Source: an uncultured delta proteobacterium (GTDB lineage: Bacteria; Myxococcota_A; Polyangia; Polyangiales; Polyangiaceae). Taken from it: 64,000 nt of DNA. Of this stretch, positions 10,247 through 22,072 are shown in pieces. The DNA lies in the NCBI GenBank assembly GCA_963696385.1, contig CAVOKF010000007.1, forward strand, positions 1,344,001-1,408,000, given 5' to 3'. The notes under the pieces were generated by a model. That model saw nothing but the letters and a program-made list of their open reading frames with translations. It was not told where the DNA came from and searched no databases. Position numbers and translations under genes: made by a program. The stretch's first letter is position 1, and each line of letters starts with the position of its first letter.

Positions 10247-11464
10247 TCACGGCGTCCTGGCGCACCGGAAACCTCGAATGGTGGAATGCACCGTCGTGTT
10301 GCCTTGTTCGCGAGATGGGACAAGCAAGAAATCCGGGGGGCCGTTCCAGCCGCCGCGGGCCACCCGGCCATCGTGTTCCGTAAGAAAGGCACAATCTGTG
10401 CACGGATCGACGTATGTAGCATACCAATCCAGGTTCCACTCAAAGACTTCCCCGGCCATATCCAGTTGACCCCAGTAGCCGGCTCCCAGCCTCGTCGTTC
10501 CGACCGGCGCAAGCTGCGTCGGGTTGGACCGGTACAGGTTGTCGTATATGGCGTACTGGGTATTGGACCCGGGCTCGGTCGCGCCCCAAGGGAACGCGCG
10601 CTGCTGACTTCCACCGGCCGCCACGTATTCCCATTCTGCCTCGCTCGGCAAGAAGCCACCGTCCCAAATGCAGAACGCGTACGCCTCGTACCAGTTCACG
10701 CAGGTGATCGGCAGATTCTCATAGCTGGCTGCCGTGCTTGTCCATGTGGGCGGGCCCATGTCCGGGGGGTTCAGGTTCGCGTTCCACGTGTTCGCCGCGC
10801 CAGGCCCCGTTGCGATGTACGTGTTCCAGTCCATCGCATCCCAGCCGGTCTCGTAGGTCCCTGGGTTCCCACTATTGGCCAATCCCAAGCCCCCATTCAA
10901 GTGCGTGTGAATGCCGCTTCCGTTCGCCGGCGGCGATCCCCCGGTGCCCGTCACGTAGTTGACGTAACGCCGGAAACGCCCCACCGTCACCAGGTACTTG
11001 TCCATACGGAATCCGCTCACCGTTGCCGGGTCGGCCAAACCAGTGGCTACACCATCCACGGGCGCTAAGGTCTGCCCGCTCTCGTCGAGATCGTAGGTGC
11101 GGTCGTACGTACCTCCGACGACCTCCAAGCTCGTGCAGCAACTCTCGCTGCCACTCCCTCCTGGCCCGCAGTTCGTCATCCCGGGCCCGCCGGGCTGGCA
11201 ACTCGGCGGCCCGTTCATTGAACTACCCGACGGGCTCGAAGCCGAGCCGGTTGGGCTCGTTGCGCCTACGCCTTGTACGGATGCGCCGCCGTCCACGTCG
11301 GTTACGGGCGTTTCGTCGGGTGCACTGGTTCTACCGCCACACCCTTGTAGAACGCAGATCGTGGCCGCGATCGCCCTTATCCTCGTTTGGAATCCGGCCG
11401 CTAACTGGCCCCTGCCGAGCCGTGCGGACGAAAAACTCATTGGGCAATCAAGTGGCTTTCGCAT
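10247..11464 (-). CDS. FGE-sulfatase domain lipoprotein (tandem paralog)
   Basis: Same motifs; N-terminus aligns with 8935-10191 (LQGC). Confidence 0.9.
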   Translation of the reverse strand: MRKPLDCPMSFSSARLGRGQLAAGFQTRIRAIAATICVLQGCGGRTSAPDETPVTDVDGGASVQGVGATSPTGSASSPSGSSMNGPPSCQPGGPGMTNCGPGGSGSESCCTSLEVVGGTYDRTYDLDESGQTLAPVDGVATGLADPATVSGFRMDKYLVTVGRFRRYVNYVTGTGGSPPANGSGIHTHLNGGLGLANSGNPGTYETGWDAMDWNTYIATGPGAANTWNANLNPPDMGPPTWTSTAASYENLPITCVNWYEAYAFCIWDGGFLPSEAEWEYVAAGGSQQRAFPWGATEPGSNTQYAIYDNLYRSNPTQLAPVGTTRLGAGYWGQLDMAGEVFEWNLDWYATYVDPCTDCAFLTEHDGRVARGGWNGPPDFLLVPSREQGNTTVHSTIRGFRCARTP

Positions 11465-11786
11465 AGCGATGGTGACTCCGGCGATTGGGGCACGAGCGAC
11501 GGTAGCGTTCTCGCTCGGCGGTTCGAGTGCGGCCGAGAGGAGCATCCCCGCTGAGCGGCATTGGATGTCGACGACGACGGTATCTTTTGCTGGCGGCGGC
11601 ATCCATTTCACTCGATTGCAACGAACCCACGTTTGTGGCAGCGTTTCCGCGGCTTTCCGTCGATCGGCAGGCGTTGCACTCGGCCGGCGGCGGTCGTACG
11701 CTCCCGGTCCAGGCGGCATGAAGCTCGTCGACTGCACCCTCGCGCAGCACGGAGCCGCGGCGTGGACGAAGCCGTCACCGTGACTG

Positions 11787-12200
11787 ATGGACGTCACGGA
11801 CGCCGACGCCGTTCACAAAGCTGCCTGGAGGAGAAGGACAATGAGCGTCGCAACAACAGGCCCACCACCCACACGACCCATACGATCGCAGGCAGGCGAC
11901 GACGGGCTCCTCGCGCGGCTCAGGGCTCGCTGGCCGACGTCCCTGATGCTCACTCATCCGGACGCGAACCGCGAGACGAGGCTGGCCGACATCGAGAAGG
12001 GGCGCGCGGACATAGTCTCGATTGGCAAGATGCTTCTGGCGAACCCCGACCTGGTTGCGCGCATCCGAGCAGGAGCACCGCCGGCGGAGTTCGCGGGCGA
12101 GTGTGTGCCGGTCTCGAACGAGGGTGTGATGGACCCTGAGCGCGCGTGCGAGCGCGATGGAGACGACGGCGACGGGCGGGGAGAGCACGTCTCCGGATCG
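11787..12200 (+). pseudogene. Old-yellow-enzyme/alkene reductase C-terminal fragment
   Basis: 'IEKGRADIVSIGKMLLANPDLVARIRAGAP'; N-terminal barrel absent. Confidence 0.55.
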
Positions 12201-12202
12201 AG

Positions 12203-12311
12203 CAAATCGGTTTGCCGCTCGGTGACAACGGAAGCCCCTAAGACGCGATATGTTTCCGCGGGGTCTTCCGCGGCTCTTCGTTGACCGATACCCTTTCGAC
12301 TGGCTACTCGC
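12203..12311 (-). repeat. 110-bp site family, copy A (109 bp)
   Basis: rc: GCGAGTAG...ACGAAGAGCCGCGG...GGAAACATA TCGCGTC TTAGGGGC...AACCGATTTG. Confidence 0.9.
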
Positions 12312-12392
12312 CTCGGCGGTGGACGAACGAGTGCGCGTCTGAGACCATGCAGTTCGACCTGCCGCGAGCGTGCGTGGACGCTTAAGTCGCCG

Positions 12393-12875
12393 GTGGCATT
12401 CGCGGAGAGACTCACGGCGGCGACCGACGGGCGGTCCACGGATGCGTACAAGTACAACCTTGTTGACGCCGAACCCGGCGGCCATCACTGCTGCACGAGC
12501 CTCGGGGAGTACCGGGTCATCGTGGGCCGCGTTGAGGCAACCGTCGACGCGCTCGCGGAGATTCGCACGAGCTTCGTGCCGCTGGCCGCCGGCGATCCGG
12601 ACCTGGGATGGGAGCCCGCGTCGGTGGGCGCAGACGACGTCGATGCACGCACGTGGACGGACCTCTGCGCCTTCATCGACGGCATCGTCCGCCGCGGAGT
12701 ACGAGGGCCGCCCCAGTTCATGAACAAGGGGGCGATCGCGGAGTTCCCCAGCTTCGAACTCGCGCGCGCGCTGTGCCGCAGCATCATCGCGCGATCTGGC
12801 TGCAGCCAGGGCCGGCCGGGCTGCGTGGCGATTCCCCCTCTAGCTCCACTACGGGCGCAGCGCCGTCAGTCTTGA
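12393..12875 (+). CDS. Hypothetical protein between inverted sites A and B
   Basis: 160-aa ORF with coding-like composition; may be a fragment. Confidence 0.45.
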   Translation: MAFAERLTAATDGRSTDAYKYNLVDAEPGGHHCCTSLGEYRVIVGRVEATVDALAEIRTSFVPLAAGDPDLGWEPASVGADDVDARTWTDLCAFIDGIVRRGVRGPPQFMNKGAIAEFPSFELARALCRSIIARSGCSQGRPGCVAIPPLAPLRAQRRQS

Positions 12876-12927
12876 CGGACGGACGATCGACTACGGCCTT
12901 CACGAGTTGGCCACGCTCGTCTGGAGG

Positions 12928-13016
12928 GCGAGTAGGCGGCGCAAAGCTTGTCGGCCGACGAAGAGACGCGGAAACCGCCGCGGTCACATAAAAGGCCTTT
13001 GGGGCGCTCGTTGTCA
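12928..13016 (+). repeat. 110-bp site copy B, part 1 (resumes 14967-14987)
   Basis: Rejoined exons give 110 bp; right arm identical to copy D. Confidence 0.9.
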
Positions 13017-14966
13017 GTCGGGTAGGCCGGGGATGTTGTCTCCCCGGCCCCCCTTCGGATCCGGACGTGCGCAATTCACGCATCCGGCTCTTCGGTCACG
13101 GGTTCGCTGCGCGCGGGAGAAATGGGTGAGCGATGCGAGGCGGCGGGAGCGGGTAGCGCTCCAGCAGAAGCCGCATTCGCTTCCAAGGCATATGGCGTCG
13201 TTGCGACCGGCGGTTGAGCCACCGGCGCCACAACGCAATAGTCTTGCGGCAGAAGAGCGCGATGGCGCGGAAATTCCCGGTGATTCCGTAATATCCGTAG
13301 TGACCACGCAGCTTTTGCCCAAGTGCCTTCTGCTGCTCGCGGATGGCGTCGTGCCGGTGCTCCCTGCACCATTGCGCGACCCGCGACACCGCTCTCCGGA
13401 AGCGGTCTTTGGCTGTTTTGCGCATGACAATCCACTTGCCAGAGCGAGCTTTGCCCCAGTAGTGCGTGAAGCCGAGTAGGTCGAAGCTGCCAGGACCTCG
13501 GTCGCCGCCATCGACTTTCGATGAGCGACGGTCAGGGCGCTGAAACTCCACCAACCGCGTCTTCTCGGGATGCAGCGCCAGGCCGTACGCACCCAATCGC
13601 TTCGGCAGCACGTCCAGCACCTTGCGGGCATCCACTTCATGCGAAAACAAAAGCACTGCATCGTCCGCGTAGCGGACGAGCAGCGCCTTGCCCGAAAGCC
13701 TTGGTTTAACTTCGCGCTCAAACCAGACGTCGAGCACCTCGTGCAGGAAAATGTTCGCCAGAATCGGCGAAATCACCCCGCCCTGCGGTGTGCCCGTTTC
13801 CGGATACGCAATGGCTCCGTCTTCGAGCACGCCCGCATTCAACCACTTTCCGATGAGCCGCAGCAGCACTCCGTCGTGCACCCTGCGGCGTAGGACTTCC
13901 CGTAATTTCCCGTGGTCCAGGACGTCGAAGAACTTGCGTACGTCGACCTCGAGGACCCACCCGCCACCCATCATTACCGCTTGATTCTGCAGGGTCTCGA
14001 GCGCTTGATGCGCCGAGCGCCCCGGCCGGAAGCCGTACGAGCAGTCCAGAAAGTCCTGCTCGTAGACCGCCTCCAGCACCATCGCGACCGCGCGCTGCAA
14101 TACCTTATCTTCGAAGCTGGGAATGCCGAGCGGTCTCGTTTCCGAGCCGCTCCCCTTCGGGATATGGACTCGCCGCACCGGCGGTGCTCGGTACGTACCA
14201 GACTTCGCGCGTTCGAGAAGCGACTGCAGGTTGCCCTCCAGGTTTTCCGCATACTCTTGCGCGCTCTGCCCGTCTACGCCACGAGCCCCGTCCTTGCGTG
14301 TGCGTCGGTACGCTTCGCGGAGCCAGTCGGTATCGATGTGATGGGCAAGCGTTCGGAACGCCATATCGGGCGCGTCCTTCGCCAGCTTTGCTATCCGTTC
14401 GAGTTTCGTTGAGATGGGAATTGAGTTCGGCGCCTCGGCCATCGTTCCCTCCAGCGGTTCCGTGTTTTCCGGTGCCGCCCTTTGCTCGGCGGGGTCCCTT
14501 GGGACGGTTCCCCCGCGTCGTCGCTCCTACTGCGGCACTCCGACTTCCCGTCGCCCATCGCGCTTGGCTTCGTTGCCTTCGCCGCGCACTACCGCCGCAA
14601 TTCAACAGCCGGAGGCGCCGGGATATCCCAGGTTCCTGGACCGTCCTTTGCGTACATGCCCTGCTGTTCACCCCGGCAGAGTCGACGGGCCAGGCCTTCG
14701 GGCTCGCCCGACTTTTCGGCACGTCGATGTTGCCTTCCGCGTTTCAAAACGCGTCGGCCTCCGCGAAGAGACGGATTTCGAGGCTCTTTGCACGGCCTGC
14801 ACGCCCGCTGTGTACGCTTCGCAGCCGCGATTGCTCGCGAACCACGCAACACTCGCTTCCGGCTGGCGGCCCCGCCTTGGCCGGTCGGGAATTTCACCCG
14901 CGGACGGTTACGTGAGGTTTCCGCTCTTACATGTCTTCCTCCTCACCCAGGCTTCGCCTGGCGCAC
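13017..14966 (-). mobile_element. Group II intron 1 (probably class E)
   Basis: 5' GTGCG at 14966; DV 'GAGCCGGATGCGTGAATTGCGCACGTCCGG'; 3' ..CCTACCCGAC; intron-free target present at 17153-17262. Confidence 0.93.
13096..14442 (-). CDS. ltrA: Group II intron RT/maturase (no endonuclease domain)
   Basis: 'RPLGIP', '[17 protein letters not shown]', 'RYADD', domain X. Confidence 0.95.
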   Translation of the reverse strand: MAEAPNSIPISTKLERIAKLAKDAPDMAFRTLAHHIDTDWLREAYRRTRKDGARGVDGQSAQEYAENLEGNLQSLLERAKSGTYRAPPVRRVHIPKGSGSETRPLGIPSFEDKVLQRAVAMVLEAVYEQDFLDCSYGFRPGRSAHQALETLQNQAVMMGGGWVLEVDVRKFFDVLDHGKLREVLRRRVHDGVLLRLIGKWLNAGVLEDGAIAYPETGTPQGGVISPILANIFLHEVLDVWFEREVKPRLSGKALLVRYADDAVLLFSHEVDARKVLDVLPKRLGAYGLALHPEKTRLVEFQRPDRRSSKVDGGDRGPGSFDLLGFTHYWGKARSGKWIVMRKTAKDRFRRAVSRVAQWCREHRHDAIREQQKALGQKLRGHYGYYGITGNFRAIALFCRKTIALWRRWLNRRSQRRHMPWKRMRLLLERYPLPPPRIAHPFLPRAANP

Positions 14967-14987
14967 TTGAAAGCGCCGTCCCAATTG
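14967..14987 (+). repeat. 110-bp site copy B, part 2
   Basis: TTGAAAGCGCCGTCCCAATTG, as in copy D. Confidence 0.9.
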
Positions 14988-14988
14988 A

Positions 14989-15190
14989 GTGTCCTGCCTT
15001 TCTGCGAAGTCGTTCACCGGACAGGAATTCCATCGCCTTGCAGCGACGGCGACTGACGCGCAGCTGGAGACGGCGCAGATCGAGTTGGCCCGGGCCGCAG
15101 TGTCGAAGTTCGACCTCGGCACGAATGTGCTCGCGTTCGACACGACGAATTTTGACACGTACATCGCCACAACAACCGAGGGAGCAGCTG
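14989..15190 (+). pseudogene. IS1634-like transposase internal fragment
   Basis: 'NVLAFDTTNFDTYI' resembles the first catalytic Asp region. Confidence 0.5.
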
Positions 15191-15416
15191 CTGCTTCTTG
15201 ACGGGCGCAGAGCTCGAGGGCGCCGGCTCGGTCCGCGTCGAGCCCATCGGGGCACGCGAGCCGTTGCTCGAGCTTTCGGGTGATCTTGCCCGCACCCTTG
15301 GCGATGGGGGTCCCGATCGCGCGCAAGTGGCACGTTGAGTCTCGTCCCCTCGCGCAAGGGCGTTCTCGCTCGCTGCTCGGAGAAAAGCGCCTCGTCGCAC
15401 TTGACGGTCAAATGGA

Positions 15417-15465
15417 AGCCGGTCGAAAGCGTATCGGTCAACGAAGAGCCGAGGAAGCCGCCGCG
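15417..15465 (+). repeat. 110-bp site copy C (partial left arm)
   Basis: AGCCGGTCGAAAGCGTATCGGTCAACGAAGAGCCGAGGAAGCCGCCGCG; no core. Confidence 0.8.
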
Positions 15466-15566
15466 ATGGCCGCGCGACCGGCAAAGCACCTTCCGGCGGG
15501 CTGAACCCAACCCAAGCGGGCACGACAAGTCCAGGTCTCCCCTGCCCCGTCGGGCGTACTTGCGGT

Positions 15567-16778
15567 TTAGGCTGCCCAGGCGCTCGGGGGAACGGCCACA
15601 GGATCGCCTGGAACCAGGGTGGCCACGGATACGTGCGGCCAAGTCAGGCCGGCGAAATTCAGGAACACGACCTGTGAGTATTGGATTTGCGTCGATGTAA
15701 CTGTGATCGTGATCGGTGTCGGAATGTCGCGCGGGGGCTCTACATGGAAGACCGGTGCGAATCGTCCGGACGGACCCGACGCCGGGATCTTCAAAGGGGC
15801 GTCTCCCAACTTGAAGACTGGAACGACAATCTTGTGCTCCACGGTCTCGATCCAGAACGTCGCCGTCATCTTGACAGCGTTGGCGTTCGGGTTCGTCGAA
15901 GTCGGATCGCCCAGCAAGAACGCGATGTCGTCCGTGCCTCCGCCGAACTCCGGCGGCGGGGGTATCGTCGAAACGGTAAAGACAATGGTGTTAGTGATCG
16001 TCTGCCCAGCGATGGCCTCTCGCAGCACGGTATTGGGGTCATTCAGGATGGGCTGGGTGATCGTTCCAGCCGCGATGAATTTCGTCAAGTCCTGCGGGAT
16101 TCTGGGGGTATCTCCATTCGACGCCGTCTGACTGGCAAATTGGATCAGATGTGGCGGGCTGCTTCCAATCAAGAACGGCGTGATGCTGACCGGCGGGATC
16201 GTGGGAGGACCCTTGATTGACGTCGTCGGCTCGAGGGTCTGTGCATTGATGGTGGTGCCGTGCGGGATGGACGCCATACGCACCAAGGAATTGGCCAAAA
16301 CGGGCCGCGTCTTGGTGGCTGGAATATGCATCCACAAGCCAGGCTCGAAATGAATAGCGGTTGCCGGCCCGTCCCCCTTGCCCGTTGCCTGGTTGGTCAC
16401 GTCCTTGATGGCTTGAACGTAGGGCACGCCATTGAGAAAAATGTCGTTCTGATCTTCCAAGCCACGATTGGGCACATTCCCGAGTGGGCTGCTGAAAGAC
16501 AGAGTCTCGGTCGTCAAGTTGAGCTCCAGAACGTTCTCGCTCGGTGGCGTTGGGGGCGCAGGGGTGACAGGGGTCGGAAAGGTGGTGGTGGTTGGCGCCA
16601 CGCTATTGGGACGAAAGATCATGTTGAAGCCGCTGCCGACGAAGGTACCGGTGAAGTTGGCCAGAACGCCAAGCGGCGGTGTCGGAGCTGGACCGACGCG
16701 GCGAACGGGTGCGATTTCATCGATGTGGAAATCAGGCGGCAGAGAGATCTGAGCAGGTTTGGACGTCTCGTCTGACAT
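15567..16778 (-). CDS. Putative heme-binding protein
   Basis: 'GFNMIFRP', 'VPNRG', 'IHFEPGLW', 'RMASIPHG', 'IQYSQ..L.F....WPHVSVATL'; family recalled, not searched. Confidence 0.7.
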   Translation of the reverse strand: MSDETSKPAQISLPPDFHIDEIAPVRRVGPAPTPPLGVLANFTGTFVGSGFNMIFRPNSVAPTTTTFPTPVTPAPPTPPSENVLELNLTTETLSFSSPLGNVPNRGLEDQNDIFLNGVPYVQAIKDVTNQATGKGDGPATAIHFEPGLWMHIPATKTRPVLANSLVRMASIPHGTTINAQTLEPTTSIKGPPTIPPVSITPFLIGSSPPHLIQFASQTASNGDTPRIPQDLTKFIAAGTITQPILNDPNTVLREAIAGQTITNTIVFTVSTIPPPPEFGGGTDDIAFLLGDPTSTNPNANAVKMTATFWIETVEHKIVVPVFKLGDAPLKIPASGPSGRFAPVFHVEPPRDIPTPITITVTSTQIQYSQVVFLNFAGLTWPHVSVATLVPGDPVAVPPSAWAA

Positions 16779-17152
16779 GGCGGTTATCTCCTCGTTGGTA
16801 GCGCGGTTGGCCCGTCTAGAATGCGATTCGAGGAGACAGTGTCCATTTCACTGCATTGCAGCGAGCAGTCCGAGCTTGTGGCTCAGCTTCAGGGCAACGA
16901 GTTTGCGGTTGGGCGGTAAGCGTGCAACGCGCCCCACTGTTTACCTGAGTTCAAGAAAGGTTCAGGGGGTCGGCGTCCGAGCGATCAAGCCACTGCCAAC
17001 GGTTCGGCAAGCTTCTTGCCCCGGTACACCTCGCGAATGTGGGCGAGCACGTTGAGACGGTCGTCGCGTCGACGTCGTTGCCGTGGCGGCAACAGAGCGC
17101 GGCCGTGTTCGGCGACTTCACGCCAGTGGTTTGATGAGGCAGAGGCCAGGCG

Positions 17153-17262
17153 GCGAGTAGCCGGTCGAAAGCGTATCGATCAACGAAGAGCCGCGGAAAC
17201 CGCGGCGGTCACATATAAGGCCTTTGGGGCGCTCGTTGTCATTGAAAGCGCCGTCCCAATTG
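17153..17262 (+). repeat. 110-bp site copy D (intact)
   Basis: GCGAGTAG...GGTCACATA TAAGGCC TTTGGGGC...CCCAATTG. Confidence 0.92.
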
Positions 17263-17349
17263 AGCGCACGTACGCTTACCCGTGCGTGCGCCTTTCTTTA
17301 CATCGCTACCGAAGGCGCAAGTGGTACGCTTGTCTATTGGGGGTGATGC

Positions 17350-17967
17350 GTGAGAGGGATAGGCTGGCTCTTTGCTCTGATATTCGGGGTCGTTCTAGTC
17401 GCCGCCGCAATGGGGTCACGCGATCGGGTCAGCCAGATCCGTGAGACTACGATGGCCTCTCCGGTCTCGCCCGCGACCACGACCGCGGCGGCGCGGGACA
17501 TCGAGATACCCGAGCGCGCCGTGATGCGTGCATGGATCGCAGGTGCGCCGCAGACCGACGAATTGCAAGCGTGTCTGAGCGCGCTCGGCTACGACGTGGG
17601 TCCGATCGACGGAATCGACGGCCCGAAGACGACGTCAGCCCTCAAAGCTTTCGTCGCGGGCGGCGAGCCGTCCGACGAACGCACCCGAGTCTGTTGGCGG
17701 GCCATCGAAACGAGACGAGCCTTCGATGCTATCGCTGTGCAGACTGCGCCGCCCGCGGTCGCCCCTGCGCCGACGTACCTACCGGCCTCTCAACAGGCGG
17801 CAACGGCTGCCCGGCAGACGGGTCCGGGGGCAGAACTGCCCGGACTGCCCGCCGCGGGCTACGGCGACGTCTCGAACACGACGGGCCTGCCGCGGACCCA
17901 GTGCGTGAACGGCTACACGCGGAAAGACGGGACCTACGTTGCCCCGTATTATCGGAGTCACCGCTAG
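17350..17967 (+). CDS. Exported peptidoglycan-binding domain protein
   Basis: N-terminal TM/signal; 'LQACLSALGYDVGPIDGIDGPKTTSALKAF'; C-terminal 'VNGYTRKDGTYVAPYYRS'. Confidence 0.8.
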   Translation: MRGIGWLFALIFGVVLVAAAMGSRDRVSQIRETTMASPVSPATTTAAARDIEIPERAVMRAWIAGAPQTDELQACLSALGYDVGPIDGIDGPKTTSALKAFVAGGEPSDERTRVCWRAIETRRAFDAIAVQTAPPAVAPAPTYLPASQQAATAARQTGPGAELPGLPAAGYGDVSNTTGLPRTQCVNGYTRKDGTYVAPYYRSHR

Positions 17968-18136
17968 GCTCCACGAACGGACGTCGGCCCGCGAACGGGG
18001 CTTCGGCCGGTCGACCGGAAACGCGGGGGAACGTTCAAACGGTCGGCATGGTGAGGGAATGCTACTTCGGGGCGAAGCGCAAGGTCATGGGCGCGGGACG
18101 TTATAATAAAAGGTGGACACTGCCAGTCGGTTCAGT

Positions 18137-18328
18137 ATGCTCTTGAGCATGCACGAGTTCATCCCGGTTGCTGTCCTGGTCGGCGCGACGTGTCAGATCT
18201 GCGGGCGCTACCTAACAGCCGAAGACGCCGCCGATGCTTCCCATCAAGAGACGGTGATTTGCATGTGCGGGAGCCGAGAGTTTCGCTTGCTGAATGGCGA
18301 GTGTTTGATGGACTGTCCAGACGCATAG
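18137..18328 (+). CDS. Small Zn-ribbon-like protein
   Basis: CQIC...CMCG motifs. Confidence 0.35.
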   Translation: MLLSMHEFIPVAVLVGATCQICGRYLTAEDAADASHQETVICMCGSREFRLLNGECLMDCPDA

Positions 18329-18912
18329 CTGCGGCGTAAACCCGCGACCGCCGGCCCCGGCGTCCTACTCACTCCGCCACCCCGGCCAAATGAAAGATGA
18401 GCGCCACGACCAGCTCGCCCTTGGCGTTGGTCTTGATCCCCGAGCGGCAGGCGTAGCCGAGGGCGTGCGCGGCGGCCTTGAAGGCTTCAAGGGCAGAGAC
18501 GAGGGCGATCAGGATGCCTTCCCATCGGGTGGCGCTCATACCTGAACGTATGATCGGTACCGGCACGGCGTCAAGGACCGCTTCCCGCGCATCGCTGAGA
18601 GTGCGGCAATCGTAGCGCCCGGCGAAATTGGCACGGGTAAGTCCCTCAGCGGCGGCAGGACTGCGGAACGTCTCCTTCTAGTCTCTTTGACAGTTTGTTT
18701 GGCCAAATTGTGGCGTTGGCCCGGTTGATCGCGTAGTCCGCGCCGTGTGGAACTGTTCAAACGTTCCGGTTACTTGGACGAGTTGCTATCACTTCAGAGC
18801 CGGCAGACCGCGAAAAAACAGCGATTTTGCAGCACGGCGCGGCGTGCGTATAACATCCAAAGTGTTGGACGGGCGCGTGGACTCGCCCTTGGCCAACCGG
18901 AGTACATGGGGC

Positions 18913-19095
18913 ATGGCTGAAATTGCTGACATGGAGCAAGCGTTTCTGCGCGCACTCGAGGCCCTCAAGCAGATCCAGAACGCACCACGGCGCCAGATCG
19001 TTTACGCGCAAGAGGGCCCGCGGGTGTACGCGTTCACGAAGCGGGATGACCTTGCGGATCAGGTGCCGGCCGCTCGCGAGTTTGCTCGCAGATAA
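18913..19095 (+). CDS. Small hypothetical protein
   Basis: ORF immediately upstream of 19102. Confidence 0.4.
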   Translation: MAEIADMEQAFLRALEALKQIQNAPRRQIVYAQEGPRVYAFTKRDDLADQVPAAREFARR

Positions 19096-19101
19096 CCGCG
19101 C

Positions 19102-20229
19102 GTGTCCTTTTCGAGCCGCCTCCGGGGCGTCTTCGCCGGCCACCTGTTTGCCGGCTTCGTGGCGGCGGCCCTGCTGGTGGCCGGAATTGTGGGCGCTCCA
19201 CTTCTGGGCGCCACTTCACCGGCATACGCTTGGGCGTTCGTCGGAGTCGTAGCCTTCACATTTGTTGTCACGGCGGCACAGCAATTCGCGATTGCCGTTG
19301 AACGGCGCGAAGAGCAAGCACGCCTAACGCTTCAGCTCTCTTCTGCGGAAGCCCACCTCCAGGGCTTGGAGGCGGCTCATCGGCGTCTACCTGACCTTAT
19401 TCGCACAATGCCCGAAGAGGACTTTCTCCATCGGTTGGGGGGCACCGTCGAACAAGTCTTCCTCTTCGACGGACAGGCTGTGTCGAAAGCTGACATGCTA
19501 AAATCTCTTGGACTAAGACTCCATGGGATATCGCGTCTTGCTGCTATGTTCGACAGGGCCGGCGATGGATTCTGTGCCAACGCTATGCTTTTCGTGGAAG
19601 GTGACGAAGCGATTCCATGGTGGTCAAACGTTCTCTTCGATAGTGAAGGGGTCGCTTTGGCCGGACTCAGGGGACTACTAGTTCTTCCTCACGAAATAAC
19701 GTCGACGTCGGATGCCGTTCTAGATCCAAATGTAGCAGAAATAGCGCTACCCGTGCCTTTAGATCCAGGATCGGCCCGAAGTACCGGTGGTAGCGGCTGG
19801 AAAGTACTTCCCGGGGCGCCATTCGTATTCAGCGTTGATACAAGGTTCGAATTATTCGAAGGTTCAAAGGATATCGACGATTGGTGCGAGCGCGAAGGCG
19901 ACCATCCCGCTCACGTTCGCAGGAAACTCAGAGAATACTTCGAGAAGGCGCCATTTAGCGGCTTTCTCTCAATGCCATTGTACCCGCCGAGTGCGGATTA
20001 TAATGTAAAACGCACCCCAATAGGTGTAGTCAACATCCATTGGGGGAAAATCGACCGACTGCGTCAACGCGAAGCCGTCGCGAACTTCGTCGCTGGACTC
20101 TCGCCTCTACGAATTCTACTTGCCAACCGGCTTACCCGCCTGCGTGCGGAGCACGGTCCACCTAAGCCGACGGCAGGCAGGGAACCGCCGCGGGCGTCGG
20201 CTCCGCCTCAATCGAAGAAGACATCATGA
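19102..20229 (+). CDS. Hypothetical membrane protein (2 TM, coiled coil, possible GAF-like domain)
   Basis: Two hydrophobic helices; 'FLSMPL...PIGVVNIH'; visibly lower GC. Confidence 0.7.
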   Translation: MSFSSRLRGVFAGHLFAGFVAAALLVAGIVGAPLLGATSPAYAWAFVGVVAFTFVVTAAQQFAIAVERREEQARLTLQLSSAEAHLQGLEAAHRRLPDLIRTMPEEDFLHRLGGTVEQVFLFDGQAVSKADMLKSLGLRLHGISRLAAMFDRAGDGFCANAMLFVEGDEAIPWWSNVLFDSEGVALAGLRGLLVLPHEITSTSDAVLDPNVAEIALPVPLDPGSARSTGGSGWKVLPGAPFVFSVDTRFELFEGSKDIDDWCEREGDHPAHVRRKLREYFEKAPFSGFLSMPLYPPSADYNVKRTPIGVVNIHWGKIDRLRQREAVANFVAGLSPLRILLANRLTRLRAEHGPPKPTAGREPPRASAPPQSKKTS

Positions 20230-20537
20230 CTCTCCTTATCGTTGACGATACGCTTTTCGATTGGCTCAATATGTGGCACAATTCCTACGCTTGCCATGAC
20301 TTAAGGGCAGAGATCCATACTCTGCCGTTTCAACGCCCCCCGCCACCGCGGCGCTGAAATCTATAGTCATTTCTTCACTGACTTCGGGACATGACCCGTT
20401 TGAAACGCATGGCGCCACGCGGCCCTTTGGCTCTGTTCGACTATTGACAGGCGTAGATGGGAGGGATGACATGCCGGCAAAGCGGTCTGGGGTCGACGCC
20501 CGAGCCGTGGCCTCAACGTTCGGAAGGGGGCGAGTGC

Positions 20538-22064
<1,527 letters not shown>

Positions 22065-22072
22065 GCCTGACG

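Noticed and set aside
8692..10383. Long Arg/Pro-rich antisense ORFs (this one and many others)
   Set aside because: High-GC shadow frames opposite well-supported genes.
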